Below the pieces are notes generated by a model. It was not told the origin of the DNA and did not search any database. It saw only the letters and a list, made by a program, of their open reading frames with translations. Position numbers and translations under genes: made by a program. From assembly GCA_020343575.1 (NCBI GenBank), contig CP070801.1:998273-1030287 (forward strand): a stretch of 32,015 nucleotides of DNA. Reading direction: 5' to 3'. The stretch comes from Candidatus Aenigmatarchaeota archaeon. Lineage in GTDB: Archaea > Aenigmatarchaeota > Aenigmatarchaeia > QMZP01. Below, in pieces: positions 1-8,888 of the stretch (the first letter of the stretch is position 1; every line of letters starts with the position of its first letter).

Positions 1-3000
1 CTGATCTGTTGGATACGTTGCCGTAGCCTCCCCAGATTATTTTGAATGTAACTTCGTCTTGTTCTATGTCTATGACCTTGGAGATGCTGGTGTTGTAGTT
101 AGAGTTGTTGTCTGTTAGGTTGAACCTATAATAGGCTGAGTCGTTTATGTCGTTGCAGGTGAAGTTGATTAGAGTGAAGTTTACATAACTCCAGGTGGAG
201 CATTCAGTGCAGTTTTTGGTCTCTATGTTTGTCCACCCAGAGCCTGTGTCTATCTGTAGTGTTACGTTAACGTCGTCGAATTCGGCTGTAGAGTCTTTGA
301 CTTGGACTGAGAAGTTCCAGTTTTCACCCCAACCTGCCTGCACGCCGGATGATTTGTCTCTTGCTAGCATGTTCTTGTAAAGAGGTGGCCAGTTGACCTG
401 TATGTCAACTGTTAGGTTCTCGGTTATGTTGTATTGGTAGCAGGTATCGTCTGTATCGACCTTTGCATACCAGGTTTTGTTGCCTCCAGAAAAATCCAAG
501 CTTACATAGAAGGAAACGTTAGCATATCCTGTTTCGTTGGTGTAGGACTGGTTTACAAACTGCATCCCTCCTGAGCTGTTTTCTACATAGAACTTGACTA
601 ATGGATATTCTCCTGTTGAGAAGTTCTTTGTTGTGTTATCTAAATCATAAACTCTTACTACGAAAATGGCTGGTGTTGTTGGAGTTGCTATAGAGTTGTT
701 TCCTGATATGTAGGTGACGTTGGTGTCTGCCTTCTGTAGCTCGAAGGTATCATCTTGTCCATAATATTGAGGGAAACTATCGGTGTAAATAAGGTTTCCT
801 TCAGTATCGTTTGCCCTGAACCTGAACTTCATCCAGTTTCCTGCATAACCAGAGCATGAGTATAATTTACTGAAGTTTAATGTTGTGTATCCCAGTCCAT
901 TGTCACTACAATTAGTGCAGTTCTGCCATTCAACATCATACCATGATTGCCCAAGTATTTGCTCTTGAAGTGTTACATTAACTACGTCTCCTAGATTGTC
1001 TGCAACCCTTATTGAGAAGTTATGCAAGATGTTCCAGGCGTCTTGTCTGGGAGTGACGTTGGCCTCTGTCATACTTGGGCTAGTTGTTAGGTAGAATATG
1101 TTTTCTGCTATCGTGGTGTTTTCATAATAATTTGTGTAGTTCGACCACATGGTTACGTTGTAGTAACCTGCAGAAGTTGTCTGGTCTGGATTCCAGTTAC
1201 ATTTGTAGACGTTTGCACCAAGCGTTTCTACAGGTGTGCAGTTTGTAACGTAACCTGTTGTTGACAGATTATAATTTATCTCGGTTGTTGTATTCAGAGT
1301 TATAGGCTCTTCACAGTAGTTCTCAACAGCCCCCTGTATCAAAATCGTGTCTGCTGCAGTATAATTCTCTGAGCCGTCTGGTAGGTCTATAGTATTGGAT
1401 AGTGTACCAATAACGCTGAAGTTCCAGGTATCCGATTGTTCATCCTGACACAAATCCGGATCTTGTGTAGTTGTTATTATCGTATACCAGTCATGGTCTC
1501 CCACCTCATATTCTTCATCCTCTAGAGGTGTTGATAGGTTATCACATGTTGGGAAGAAGCTGTAATTTACTTCGCCTGAAGCGTTTGTAGTAAGCACGCG
1601 ACCAGAGTCCCATGTTGCACCCGCGCCAGAACCGACTTTGGTTATGTAAAGAGTAACGTTATGTCCTGCACCAACTACTGTTCCATTACCATATTTAACA
1701 CGAACCCTCATTGTAAGGTTGCCAGCAGTTGTGCTTCTGTTAGTAATTGTGTTGTTTCCAGAAATCACATCGAAGGTGTAGTTAAGATTAGGGTCACAGG
1801 GAGCGGATAGTGTTATTGTGAGTTCTGTCTTTCTGTCCAAATCCACTGGTTGTGAAGTTGTTGTGTAAACGGTTTTTGAAACAGTTATGGTAAACGGTGA
1901 GTATGTTCTATTACCTGTGTAATTGTACTGTGTGTGAGTAACCTCTTGTCTAGGTATGGTTCCGCTTGAGGATGTGTTTATCTCGAAAATAGTATTTGAA
2001 TATGTATCATTTAGCTGTACTGTTGCATTCTCTATCGGGTCTCCACTTGCATTCTGGACCCTTACATTGATTGTGTATTTCCTGAAGAAGGTTCCGTTGT
2101 CAGAGAACCATGTGAAGTTCCATACATCTGAAATTATATTTATTGTTGTTCCGTTATAGGATGTTGCAGAAAACCCATAACCGTCTTCAGTATTTATCTT
2201 CTTTTCTGTTTCTGTATTGTTTATGGCTGATCCGTTGAGTATTAGGTAAACGTAAGATGTGTAAGTAGCACAATCATCGGTTGTTGTTAAGACATCTGTC
2301 AGGTATTCTTCTCCTTTAGTATAGTTTACCTGAAGGGCTTGCATATAGTCGTATACCTGGCTGGTGTTTTTATCCTCTGAAATTGTTATGTTTCCGCTAT
2401 AGAAGTACACGGGAGTGACGTTGGTTGTCTCATAACCATCTACAAAGAAAATCGTTCCGTTGTCATAATTTATTGTGTAGTCGCTCTTTGAGACAACAGA
2501 CATTGGGACCAGCCTTACTGCGCTAATTCCTTCTATGTTCAATATCTGGAAGTGCTCTGACTGTGTTATTGGAACTCCTGAAAGCTGTATCTCGTCATCA
2601 GCTCCCACATCACCGGAATCAGTCCAGTCCTCAAACTCATACTGGGTTGGTGTATTATAGGTTATTCCGGTCTGGCCAGCAGCATTTGATTCGTTCAAAA
2701 CAGTGCAGGGATTGTTATAAAGAACAGCGGATGTTGTAATCGGGTTTGACATTGATATAGATGTTTTTATATATTTGTAACCGTATTTTCGATAGTATAA
2801 CTCGTGTGGAGTATAATCTGCTTTGTCCTGGTTGGCCTCAACAGCACTAAGTACATGAATCTTCTTGAAATCCAGAGTCTGCTCATCTATGGTTCCGTTT
2901 GCATAAGTTGATTTATTGAAAACTATCCTTCCCTGAAGGATTCTTGCAGCTGCTGTCAGGTCTTCAAGGTAATCATCTGTGGCGTTTTTGAAATCTATGT

Positions 3001-5728
3001 TAAGTGTACTCTTCCTTATAATGTAGCTATAGTCATTACTTGCATTCGCACTACCTGAACCACAGCTGCTGTAGTCTATCTTGCTCTCATTGATTTCAGA
3101 ATTTATCGCGATCAGGTAGTGGTATCCACCCATTCTTATATCATCAACGTTATTTATACCCTCATAACCCTTGACTGAGCCGGCAGCATAACATATTCTT
3201 ATTCCTGCTCTTGCGTCTTGGAAACGTATCACCTCGAGGGGCTCATCAGGCTCACCGCTCATCTCCATGGCGTATCTTGCGTTATATGATGCAAGGTCGT
3301 ACAAAGTAGTGTTTGCTGGGACATATAATATTATCGAATTGCTTTCATCACCAGTTTTTGGTACACTGGTTTGCATAGTGAATCTGTTTATATCAATATG
3401 TTGGGTTCCCAGACCAGCACATGAGCCGGTTATACCAGTGCTTGGAGAGCCAGCATCTATGTTGTTTCTTTGGTTGTTAACCCTGAAACTGATGTAATTG
3501 CTGGCGTAGAAGTAACCCTTTCCCCCAGCTGTTCCGTTATCCGAGCAGTTACCATACAAAAAGTCCCTGAAACACATGGCTGACTGGTCACATATCTGGG
3601 AAGTTACATATGTCTGGGTGGTGGAACCCTGTTGAGGGCCAGAAGGTGTTAAGTTACCAAACCTGGCGTTTCCTCCTTCAGAAACTCGCATGGAAGGAGT
3701 CATGTCGCTGGGTCCTCCTATGTTGATGACCTCGTTCTCTGTGACCCACCATGTATCATTATTTGTCTGAGTTGCTATCTGGAAAAGAACAAGAAACATC
3801 CACACATTCGTGTCTTCTGGATTGTAAAGGTCAGCAGACGGTGTTTGAGCGCATCTGCCACCTATTGTATCACAAATGTCCTGCATTGTGCATGGTGCTG
3901 CTTTCGTGCAACATGCTCCTGAGTCAGTGGCGTTTGCATCCACGCGTATGTAAGCGTTGTTGGACCATGTTATGCAGCCGGATTTATCACTGTTGTGAGC
4001 TATAGTCTCTTCGCCTCTGAAAGAAAACAAAAGTGTGTGGTAGTCCTGGACCTTTACGTTGTTTATAATCCTTGCCTCCTCCCCGCATCTCCATGACCGA
4101 ACGTATATACTTGTTCCCTGAAGCTCTGTGTCAATTCTCTGTTCACCACAGTACAGTCCAAAAAACTCCAGGTCCTGTACAGAGTTCTCATCATAATCTA
4201 TCTGAAGGTCATCTGTTCCTCTTGTAAGGAACCTGACAGTCCAGTTCTCGCCTTCAAACGGAAGCTCGTTCTGGTTTATTATGAGAAGATTTGTTATGCT
4301 CACAGAATCCCCTTCCTTTGTCACGAATTCGTTCTTTGCAAAATTCTCTATCCTAGAACCATCAGGATGGGTGAAATTGGTTTTGTTGAAGTTGGTTCTT
4401 CTTGATATTTCGAATCTGTTTGCCTCGAATGAGGCCCCATCCTCAACTATGAAGTTGTTTTCTGCAACGTCCTCGAGGACCTTGAATGTTGCGTCGTAAA
4501 GCTTTACCTTGCCGCCATTTTCAACATAAAACGCTGAGTTACTTTTGCCTTCCTGTCCTGGAGGAATCTTTGAGAATATCTGTCCACCATGCCTTACAAC
4601 ACCATCAGTGAAGTCACCTAACTGGAATGAACCCTTATCACTAACCTTCCACGGCTTCCTTATGTCAAGGTGCTGCAAGGTGGAGACCATGTATGTCTCA
4701 GTAGTGCCATCTCCTATAACTATGTTTGCCATTGTAACGAAATAGTTGTTGAACCTCTCAACTCTTCCCCATCCATTTATTGCATCTTCGTTGTATATAT
4801 CCGCTATGCTGCAGGGATTCTGCTCAGTGCACATGCTGCCTATGGCAACTACGTAAATTGTATCAGTTGTAGGATCATAGGTTATTGGTGAATTGACCTG
4901 ACTGGCCTGGTTTTGGGAGAATGTCTGAATTCCACTTGCAAACTGCGAATTTCTCACAATTGTATCGATTATGTAGTTCGTTTTTCCGTATTCTGAAAAC
5001 GCTGTCATGAATGTCTGATACCCTCCTCGCGGAAGCCTGAATGAAACCTCGAACTCGCCTGTTGATTGGACAATATTCCTGTAAACTTCCTCACTATAAG
5101 CGTCAATTACAACTATTGAAACATTGTAATCAATTCCTGTTGGATATACATTACCAGTTATGGTCACCATGCCGTTATTGTCTATCTGCTGGTCAGCATG
5201 CATTACCATCTCAGTAATTTCTATATCTTCTGATGGTTTGATGGTGACTATGTGTTCTGAAGATGATGGGTTTATGTAACTGGTTCCATGAAACATGGTT
5301 CTAAGAGCACTCTCGCCAACCTCTTCCCCTGATATGTCGTATTCGAAGATTGCGATTCCCTGGTAGTCAGTCAAACTTGATCCCATCAAGAAATCATTTA
5401 GGTAGAACTCCACTACCCTGTTCTCAAGGAAGGTTCCGTTGTCCATGCTTAGGGTGGTCAGCATGGAGACTGTCTCGTTTTTATACAAAACTTGTTTGTC
5501 CACGCCCACAACTATCTGTGAGTTTGCATATATCTCAATGGCTTTTGATATCTCTATTGTCTGTTGTGTTGATTCATTTGTTATGTTTTCAAATGAAGCG
5601 GGGTCAAATATCAGGTTACCTGTGAAGTTGGTCATATTGGTTGCATTCTGCGCAATCACAGCCCCAGATATCAAGACTATAAACAGTGCAGCAACAAGTA
5701 TCTCTGACTGACCAAGTGTGGACTTCAT
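1..5728 (-). CDS. Giant secreted/surface protein, at least 1909 codons; the C-terminus lies beyond the window edge. It has an N-terminal hydrophobic anchor or pilin-like signal, Ig-like and carboxypeptidase-regulatory-like beta domains, and very many N-x-S/T sequons.
   Basis: ATG at 5728-5726, 19 nt downstream of the preceding gene's stop. My translation begins MKSTLGQSEILVAALFIVLISGAVIAQNATNMTNFTGNLIFD. I spot-checked the frame codon by codon at 181-300, 841-1010 and 1621-1680. The ORF track lists no complete minus-strand ORF in 1-5747, which fits one frame open to the edge. All plus-strand ORFs here are short shadows. Confidence 0.85.
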   Translation of the reverse strand, partial: MKSTLGQSEILVAALFIVLISGAVIAQNATNMTNFTGNLIFDPASFENITNESTQQTIEISKAIEIYANSQIVVGVDKQVLYKNETVSMLTTLSMDNGTFLENRVVEFYLNDFLMGSSLTDYQGIAIFEYDISGEEVGESALRTMFHGTSYINPSSSEHIVTIKPSEDIEITEMVMHADQQIDNNGMVTITGNVYPTGIDYNVSIVVIDAYSEEVYRNIVQSTGEFEVSFRLPRGGYQTFMTAFSEYGKTNYIIDTIVRNSQFASGIQTFSQNQASQVNSPITYDPTTDTIYVVAIGSMCTEQNPCSIADIYNEDAINGWGRVERFNNYFVTMANIVIGDGTTETYMVSTLQHLDIRKPWKVSDKGSFQLGDFTDGVVRHGGQIFSKIPPGQEGKSNSAFYVENGGKVKLYDATFKVLEDVAENNFIVEDGASFEANRFEISRRTNFNKTNFTHPDGSRIENFAKNEFVTKEGDSVSITNLLIINQNELPFEGENWTVRFLTRGTDDLQIDYDENSVQDLEFFGLYCGEQRIDTELQGTSIYVRSWRCGEEARIINNVKVQDYHTLLFSFRGEETIAHNSDKSGCITWSNNAYIRVDANATDSGACCTKAAPCTMQDICDTIGGRCAQTPSADLYNPEDTNVWMFLVLFQIATQTNNDTWWVTENEVINIGGPSDMTPSMRVSEGGNARFGNLTPSGPQQGSTTQTYVTSQICDQSAMCFRDFLYGNCSDNGTAGGKGYFYASNYISFRVNNQRNNIDAGSPSTGITGSCAGLGTQHIDINRFTMQTSVPKTGDESNSIILYVPANTTLYDLASYNARYAMEMSGEPDEPLEVIRFQDARAGIRICYAAGSVKGYEGINNVDDIRMGGYHYLIAINSEINESKIDYSSCGSGSANASNDYSYIIRKSTLNIDFKNATDDYLEDLTAAARILQGRIVFNKSTYANGTIDEQTLDFKKIHVLSAVEANQDKADYTPHELYYRKYGYKYIKTSISMSNPITTSAVLYNNPCTVLNESNAAGQTGITYNTPTQYEFEDWTDSGDVGADDEIQLSGVPITQSEHFQILNIEGISAVRLVPMSVVSKSDYTINYDNGTIFFVDGYETTNVTPVYFYSGNITISEDKNTSQVYDYMQALQVNYTKGEEYLTDVLTTTDDCATYTSYVYLILNGSAINNTETEKKINTEDGYGFSATSYNGTTINIISDVWNFTWFSDNGTFFRKYTINVRVQNASGDPIENATVQLNDTYSNTIFEINTSSSGTIPRQEVTHTQYNYTGNRTYSPFTITVSKTVYTTTSQPVDLDRKTELTITLSAPCDPNLNYTFDVISGNNTITNRSTTAGNLTMRVRVKYGNGTVVGAGHNVTLYITKVGSGAGATWDSGRVLTTNASGEVNYSFFPTCDNLSTPLEDEEYEVGDHDWYTIITTTQDPDLCQDEQSDTWNFSVIGTLSNTIDLPDGSENYTAADTILIQGAVENYCEEPITLNTTTEINYNLSTTGYVTNCTPVETLGANVYKCNWNPDQTTSAGYYNVTMWSNYTNYYENTTIAENIFYLTTSPSMTEANVTPRQDAWNILHNFSIRVADNLGDVVNVTLQEQILGQSWYDVEWQNCTNCSDNGLGYTTLNFSKLYSCSGYAGNWMKFRFRANDTEGNLIYTDSFPQYYGQDDTFELQKADTNVTYISGNNSIATPTTPAIFVVRVYDLDNTTKNFSTGEYPLVKFYVENSSGGMQFVNQSYTNETGYANVSFYVSLDFSGGNKTWYAKVDTDDTCYQYNITENLTVDIQVNWPPLYKNMLARDKSSGVQAGWGENWNFSVQVKDSTAEFDDVNVTLQIDTGSGWTNIETKNCTECSTWSYVNFTLINFTCNDINDSAYYRFNLTDNNSNYNTSISKVIDIEQDEVTFKIIWGGYGNVSNRS

Positions 5729-5747
5729 TCTCCTTGGAGGGAATTTC

Positions 5748-6632
5748 CTATTCACTGTAGCTCACCCTAACCCTGATATCATTCAAGCCCAAATTGGAGG
5801 AAAGGGAGACGGTAGCTGTTAAGTTGTTCCAGCAGGAGGTTTTAGGAGCAACTTCTTGACAATTAACGCTACCGCTCCCTGATAATATGACAAAACCATC
5901 TGGCAGAATCCATTCTATACTAACATCCATTGCTGAGGCAGAGCCAATGTTCTTTGCGTAAGCACTCATTTCAAAAGTATACCCTCTTGTTATTTTTTCA
6001 GGAGATATTATACCAACGTCAAGAATCGGAATAAATTCGAGTGTTTCATTTGGGATTGTTTCATTTATCGTTTCATTCAGGGTTTCATTGATGGTCTCAT
6101 TAGTTTCTGGTATTACTGGCTCTGGTTCGATGGTTTCATTAGTTTCGGTCTCATTAGTCAAAGTCTGGTTTATTATTGTTTCATTAATTACAGTTTCGTT
6201 TACTGTCTGGTTCAATTCGTCAGGAATTGTTACGTTTTCCTCCATTCCCGTCTCATTAGTTTGGTTAGACGGAGTTTCAATTGTTTCATTTATTTCCTGT
6301 GTTGTATTTTCTGGCGGGGTTTCTTGTGTTTCATTATCTTCTATCGTGATATTTACATCTTCCTCAATCGTATCCGTTGCTGTATCATTCCCGGTATCCT
6401 CTGGTAAGGCAGTTTCATTTGTTGTCGGGATTTCATCTATGATATCTCCAGTGAAGGTTGAATTGATAGTCGAGTTCTGAGCGATAATTACGGTTGTGGG
6501 TATGAGGAGTAGGAACAGAAATATTGCAAGGATCTGGACCTGTCCCAACTCCATTCTACCTTTGACTAAGGCTTCTCTTTCAGAAAGTAGCTTTTTACTA
6601 TTCATAGGGTATACCCACAATATAGTCTCCAT
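5748..6632 (-). CDS. Surface protein: hydrophobic or pilin-like N-terminus, acidic NET-repeat (N-glycosylation sequon) stalk, and a C-terminal CARDB/Ig-like beta domain.
   Basis: 294-aa ORF. An alternative start at 6605 (MNSKK...) fits the AT-rich box at 6642-6652 better. The N-terminus ...LGQVQILAIFLFLLLIPTTVIIAQNSTINSTFTGDII is paralogous to the N-terminus of the downstream giant gene. The C-terminal ~90 aa (ILDVGIISPEKITRGYTFEMSAYAKNIGSASAMDVSIEW...) has a CARDB-like pattern. Confidence 0.8.
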   Translation of the reverse strand: METILWVYPMNSKKLLSEREALVKGRMELGQVQILAIFLFLLLIPTTVIIAQNSTINSTFTGDIIDEIPTTNETALPEDTGNDTATDTIEEDVNITIEDNETQETPPENTTQEINETIETPSNQTNETGMEENVTIPDELNQTVNETVINETIINQTLTNETETNETIEPEPVIPETNETINETLNETINETIPNETLEFIPILDVGIISPEKITRGYTFEMSAYAKNIGSASAMDVSIEWILPDGFVILSGSGSVNCQEVAPKTSCWNNLTATVSLSSNLGLNDIRVRVSYSE

Positions 6633-6677
6633 GCGTCGATGTATATAATATAGTTGGATAGCTAACCAATCGAAACC

Positions 6678-6685
6678 TTTAAATT
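6678..6685 (+). promoter_or_regulatory. TATA-box-like element (TTTAAATT) centred about 26 nt upstream of the 6707 ATG, which implies a leaderless transcript.
   Basis: Seen directly. The same -26 spacing recurs upstream of several first-in-operon genes in this window. Confidence 0.4.
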
Positions 6686-6706
6686 GTCGACCGACAAATC
6701 TATAGT

Positions 6707-7174
6707 ATGGTTAGTTTTCGTAGAGGGGCGGACAAGAAGAAAAAGGAGATGTTAGATTCTTTACTTATTCTCAAAAATAAACTACAAAAGGAACGTGTTA
6801 AGGTTCAAAAGGGAGAGGGGGTAAAAACTCCTTGGGTCGAGCAGAAGATGGAAGATATCCTTTTCAGGCTTAGAGAGATGGAAAAGAAAATAGAGGATGT
6901 AAAACGGGATAGAATTCATGATTTTTTGGAATACGAAAAACTTGCAACTAGAAGTCAACAAGTTGATGGAGAAAGCGTAAGAACCTTAAAAGTTAAAGGT
7001 ATGATAAAATCGCTATTGGGAGAACATAAAAGACTTACTACCCCACAAGTGAGTAAGTTAATCAATTTATCTAGGACGAGATGTAGTGAATATCTGAAGG
7101 ATATGGAGAGGAAGGGGGTTGTCAAGGGAACGACAATCCGACGCCAGAAGTTCTATGAGCTGGTTAAGAAGTGA
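6707..7174 (+). CDS. Putative transcriptional regulator: N-terminal Lys/Glu-rich coiled coil plus a C-terminal winged helix-turn-helix.
   Basis: The C-terminus LTTPQVSKLINLSRTRCSEYLKDMERKGVVKGTTIRRQKFYEL fits the helix-turn-helix-wing pattern of MarR/ArsR-like archaeal regulators. The gene is divergent from the surface-protein operon. Confidence 0.55.
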   Translation: MVSFRRGADKKKKEMLDSLLILKNKLQKERVKVQKGEGVKTPWVEQKMEDILFRLREMEKKIEDVKRDRIHDFLEYEKLATRSQQVDGESVRTLKVKGMIKSLLGEHKRLTTPQVSKLINLSRTRCSEYLKDMERKGVVKGTTIRRQKFYELVKK

Positions 7175-7226
7175 AACAATTCCCCTATTTAGGTATCATG
7201 CTAAACTGTCTATTTCCGTCGATAAG

Positions 7227-7235
7227 TTTTTATAT
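7227..7235 (+). promoter_or_regulatory. TATA-box-like element (TTTTTATAT) centred about 26 nt upstream of the 7257 ATG.
   Basis: Seen directly. Confidence 0.4.
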
Positions 7236-7256
7236 CAAATCTCTTAAATATTCACA

Positions 7257-7688
7257 ATGCTCAAGAAACTTGTTTTCGTTTTGATATTACTGGTGTTTGT
7301 TTTATCAGCAGCTAGCTACATGACCGGTTTCATCACAATCGAAAGTTCTGAGGGGATGAAAATAAGCATGTCCATTCTGACTGATACCGAAACCTATCAC
7401 TCTGGAGAATTTATGGAGGCAAGAGTTTCCACAGCCTGTGACAAAGATTTGGATTCTGTGATAGTCAAAATTTATGGGATTAAAGACAGGTTTGGAAAAT
7501 ATAATATTAATGAAGAAAAGATAGTTCAAATCAATTCACCTGGGAACGAGACTGTGTTTTTGGTCAGAATGCCGAGATGTTATGGGTGTGCTGGGATTTC
7601 ACCTGGGGAATATGAGGTAACAGCAGAACTGATTTACAATAATATAGTTGTTGGGAATACATCAAAAACCATAACACTTGTAAAGTGA
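7257..7688 (+). CDS. Small secreted or membrane-anchored beta-rich protein (Ig/CARDB-like), function unknown.
   Basis: N-terminal signal or anchor MLKKLVFVLILLVFVLSAASY. The rest is beta-rich with a CxxC (PRCYGCAG) and two N-x-T sequons. Confidence 0.6.
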   Translation: MLKKLVFVLILLVFVLSAASYMTGFITIESSEGMKISMSILTDTETYHSGEFMEARVSTACDKDLDSVIVKIYGIKDRFGKYNINEEKIVQINSPGNETVFLVRMPRCYGCAGISPGEYEVTAELIYNNIVVGNTSKTITLVK

Positions 7689-8435
7689 TTATTTTCCAAA
7701 CCATCTTCTGAGTCTTGGGAACCGTGGCGAGAAATATTCCTGACCTATAAGGTTTGCAGCAATCTTTCTGAAGGCGAGTGAAGCTGGGGAGGATGGTCTG
7801 TATTTTATTACTGGTGTTTTTTCAAACAAACTTCTTTTCACGTTCTTATCTTCGGGTATCATGCCTATAATAGGAACATCACACATTCCCTCAATTTCCT
7901 TAGGTTTAAGTTCATACTTGTCCTTCATCCTGTTGAGAACGATTCCCATTGGCTCCTTTCCCATCTCCCTTGAAACCTTTATAATCTTCAAAGCGTCAGT
8001 GACAGCTGGTATCTCAGGATTTGTGAGAATCAATATCTCGTCAGACGCTTTCAGAACGAGCATGCTATCGTCCCTCAAGCCTGGGGGAGAATCTACCAAG
8101 ATCAATCCCCTCAGGTCATTGAGTAGGGATTTGAGCCTGTAGGGAGTTGGGACCTTAGTTAAGTAGTCAAGGGATATGGATGCAGGCACAAGCTTCAATC
8201 CTGAAGGGTGTGTATATATTGCGCTTGTTATTGGTATGCTCCCTTCCAAAACGTCCTGAAGGCCCATAGGGAACTGGTAAAAACCTAGTTGAAGACCAAG
8301 GTTCGAGGTTGAGAGGTCAACATCAACCACAACAACATCCTTTTCGAGCTCTATGAGGGACAGCCCAACGTTAGCTACAAATGTTGTTTTTCCCACTCCT
8401 CCCTTACCAGAAACAACACCTATGATTTTTTCCAT
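7689..8435 (-). CDS. minD: MinD/ParA-family P-loop ATPase (archaeal MinD-like).
   Basis: Deviant Walker A SGKGGVGKTT near the N-terminus and Walker B ILVDSPPG. The basic amphipathic C-terminus (RFPRLRRWFGK) resembles a MinD membrane-targeting helix. Confidence 0.85.
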   Translation of the reverse strand: MEKIIGVVSGKGGVGKTTFVANVGLSLIELEKDVVVVDVDLSTSNLGLQLGFYQFPMGLQDVLEGSIPITSAIYTHPSGLKLVPASISLDYLTKVPTPYRLKSLLNDLRGLILVDSPPGLRDDSMLVLKASDEILILTNPEIPAVTDALKIIKVSREMGKEPMGIVLNRMKDKYELKPKEIEGMCDVPIIGMIPEDKNVKRSLFEKTPVIKYRPSSPASLAFRKIAANLIGQEYFSPRFPRLRRWFGK

Positions 8436-8474
8436 ACAGGAAAATTGTCTTTAAAATATAAATGTTTGTGCTTT

Positions 8475-8879
8475 TTACTCGGACAACTCCCATTTAAGGC
8501 CATAGTTAATCAAACCTTCATTTCCGTCCTCATTTATCTTCCTGAAAACCGCCCTGACTGGCTTACCTGTCTCTACCTTGCTAAAATCCCCCACTATCTG
8601 TCCTGATAACCTTGCTCCCTCATCAAGCTCTATTATCGCTGCAGCATATGGGGCATATTTTTCAAAACCCTCTGGCGGAACCCTGATTACAGTGAAGGAC
8701 ACTATTTTTCCCTTACCACTAAACTGAAAATCATCCAAGTTTCCCCTTCTTCTGCAGTTAGGACAGAGACTCTTCTTTGGGAAAAACACCTTATCACACG
8801 TGTTGCATTTGGTTCCTATAAGGTTATACTTGGATTTTTTCAGCCTCCAGAACAATGGAACAGATGATTTGTATGGCAT
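8475..8879 (-). CDS. DUF35 family Zn-ribbon/OB-fold protein, the scaffold partner of archaeal thiolase and HMG-CoA synthase.
   Basis: Zn ribbon CNTCDKVFFPKKSLCPNC followed by an OB-fold-like C-terminus. It sits immediately downstream of the thiolase in the conserved archaeal three-gene order. Confidence 0.85.
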   Translation of the reverse strand: MPYKSSVPLFWRLKKSKYNLIGTKCNTCDKVFFPKKSLCPNCRRRGNLDDFQFSGKGKIVSFTVIRVPPEGFEKYAPYAAAIIELDEGARLSGQIVGDFSKVETGKPVRAVFRKINEDGNEGLINYGLKWELSE

Positions 8880-8888
8880 ATGAATCTC

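Noticed and set aside
195-5711. Nine plus-strand ORFs of 61-91 aa listed in the track
   Set aside because: All lie antisense to the single giant minus-strand frame that is open from 5728 to the window edge. Their products are low-complexity or Cys/Leu-rich nonsense with no motifs.
6088-6480. 130-aa plus-strand ORF (VS/SL-rich)
   Set aside because: It is the antisense shadow of the NET-repeat region. Repeated AAT-GAA-AC codons avoid stops on the opposite strand.
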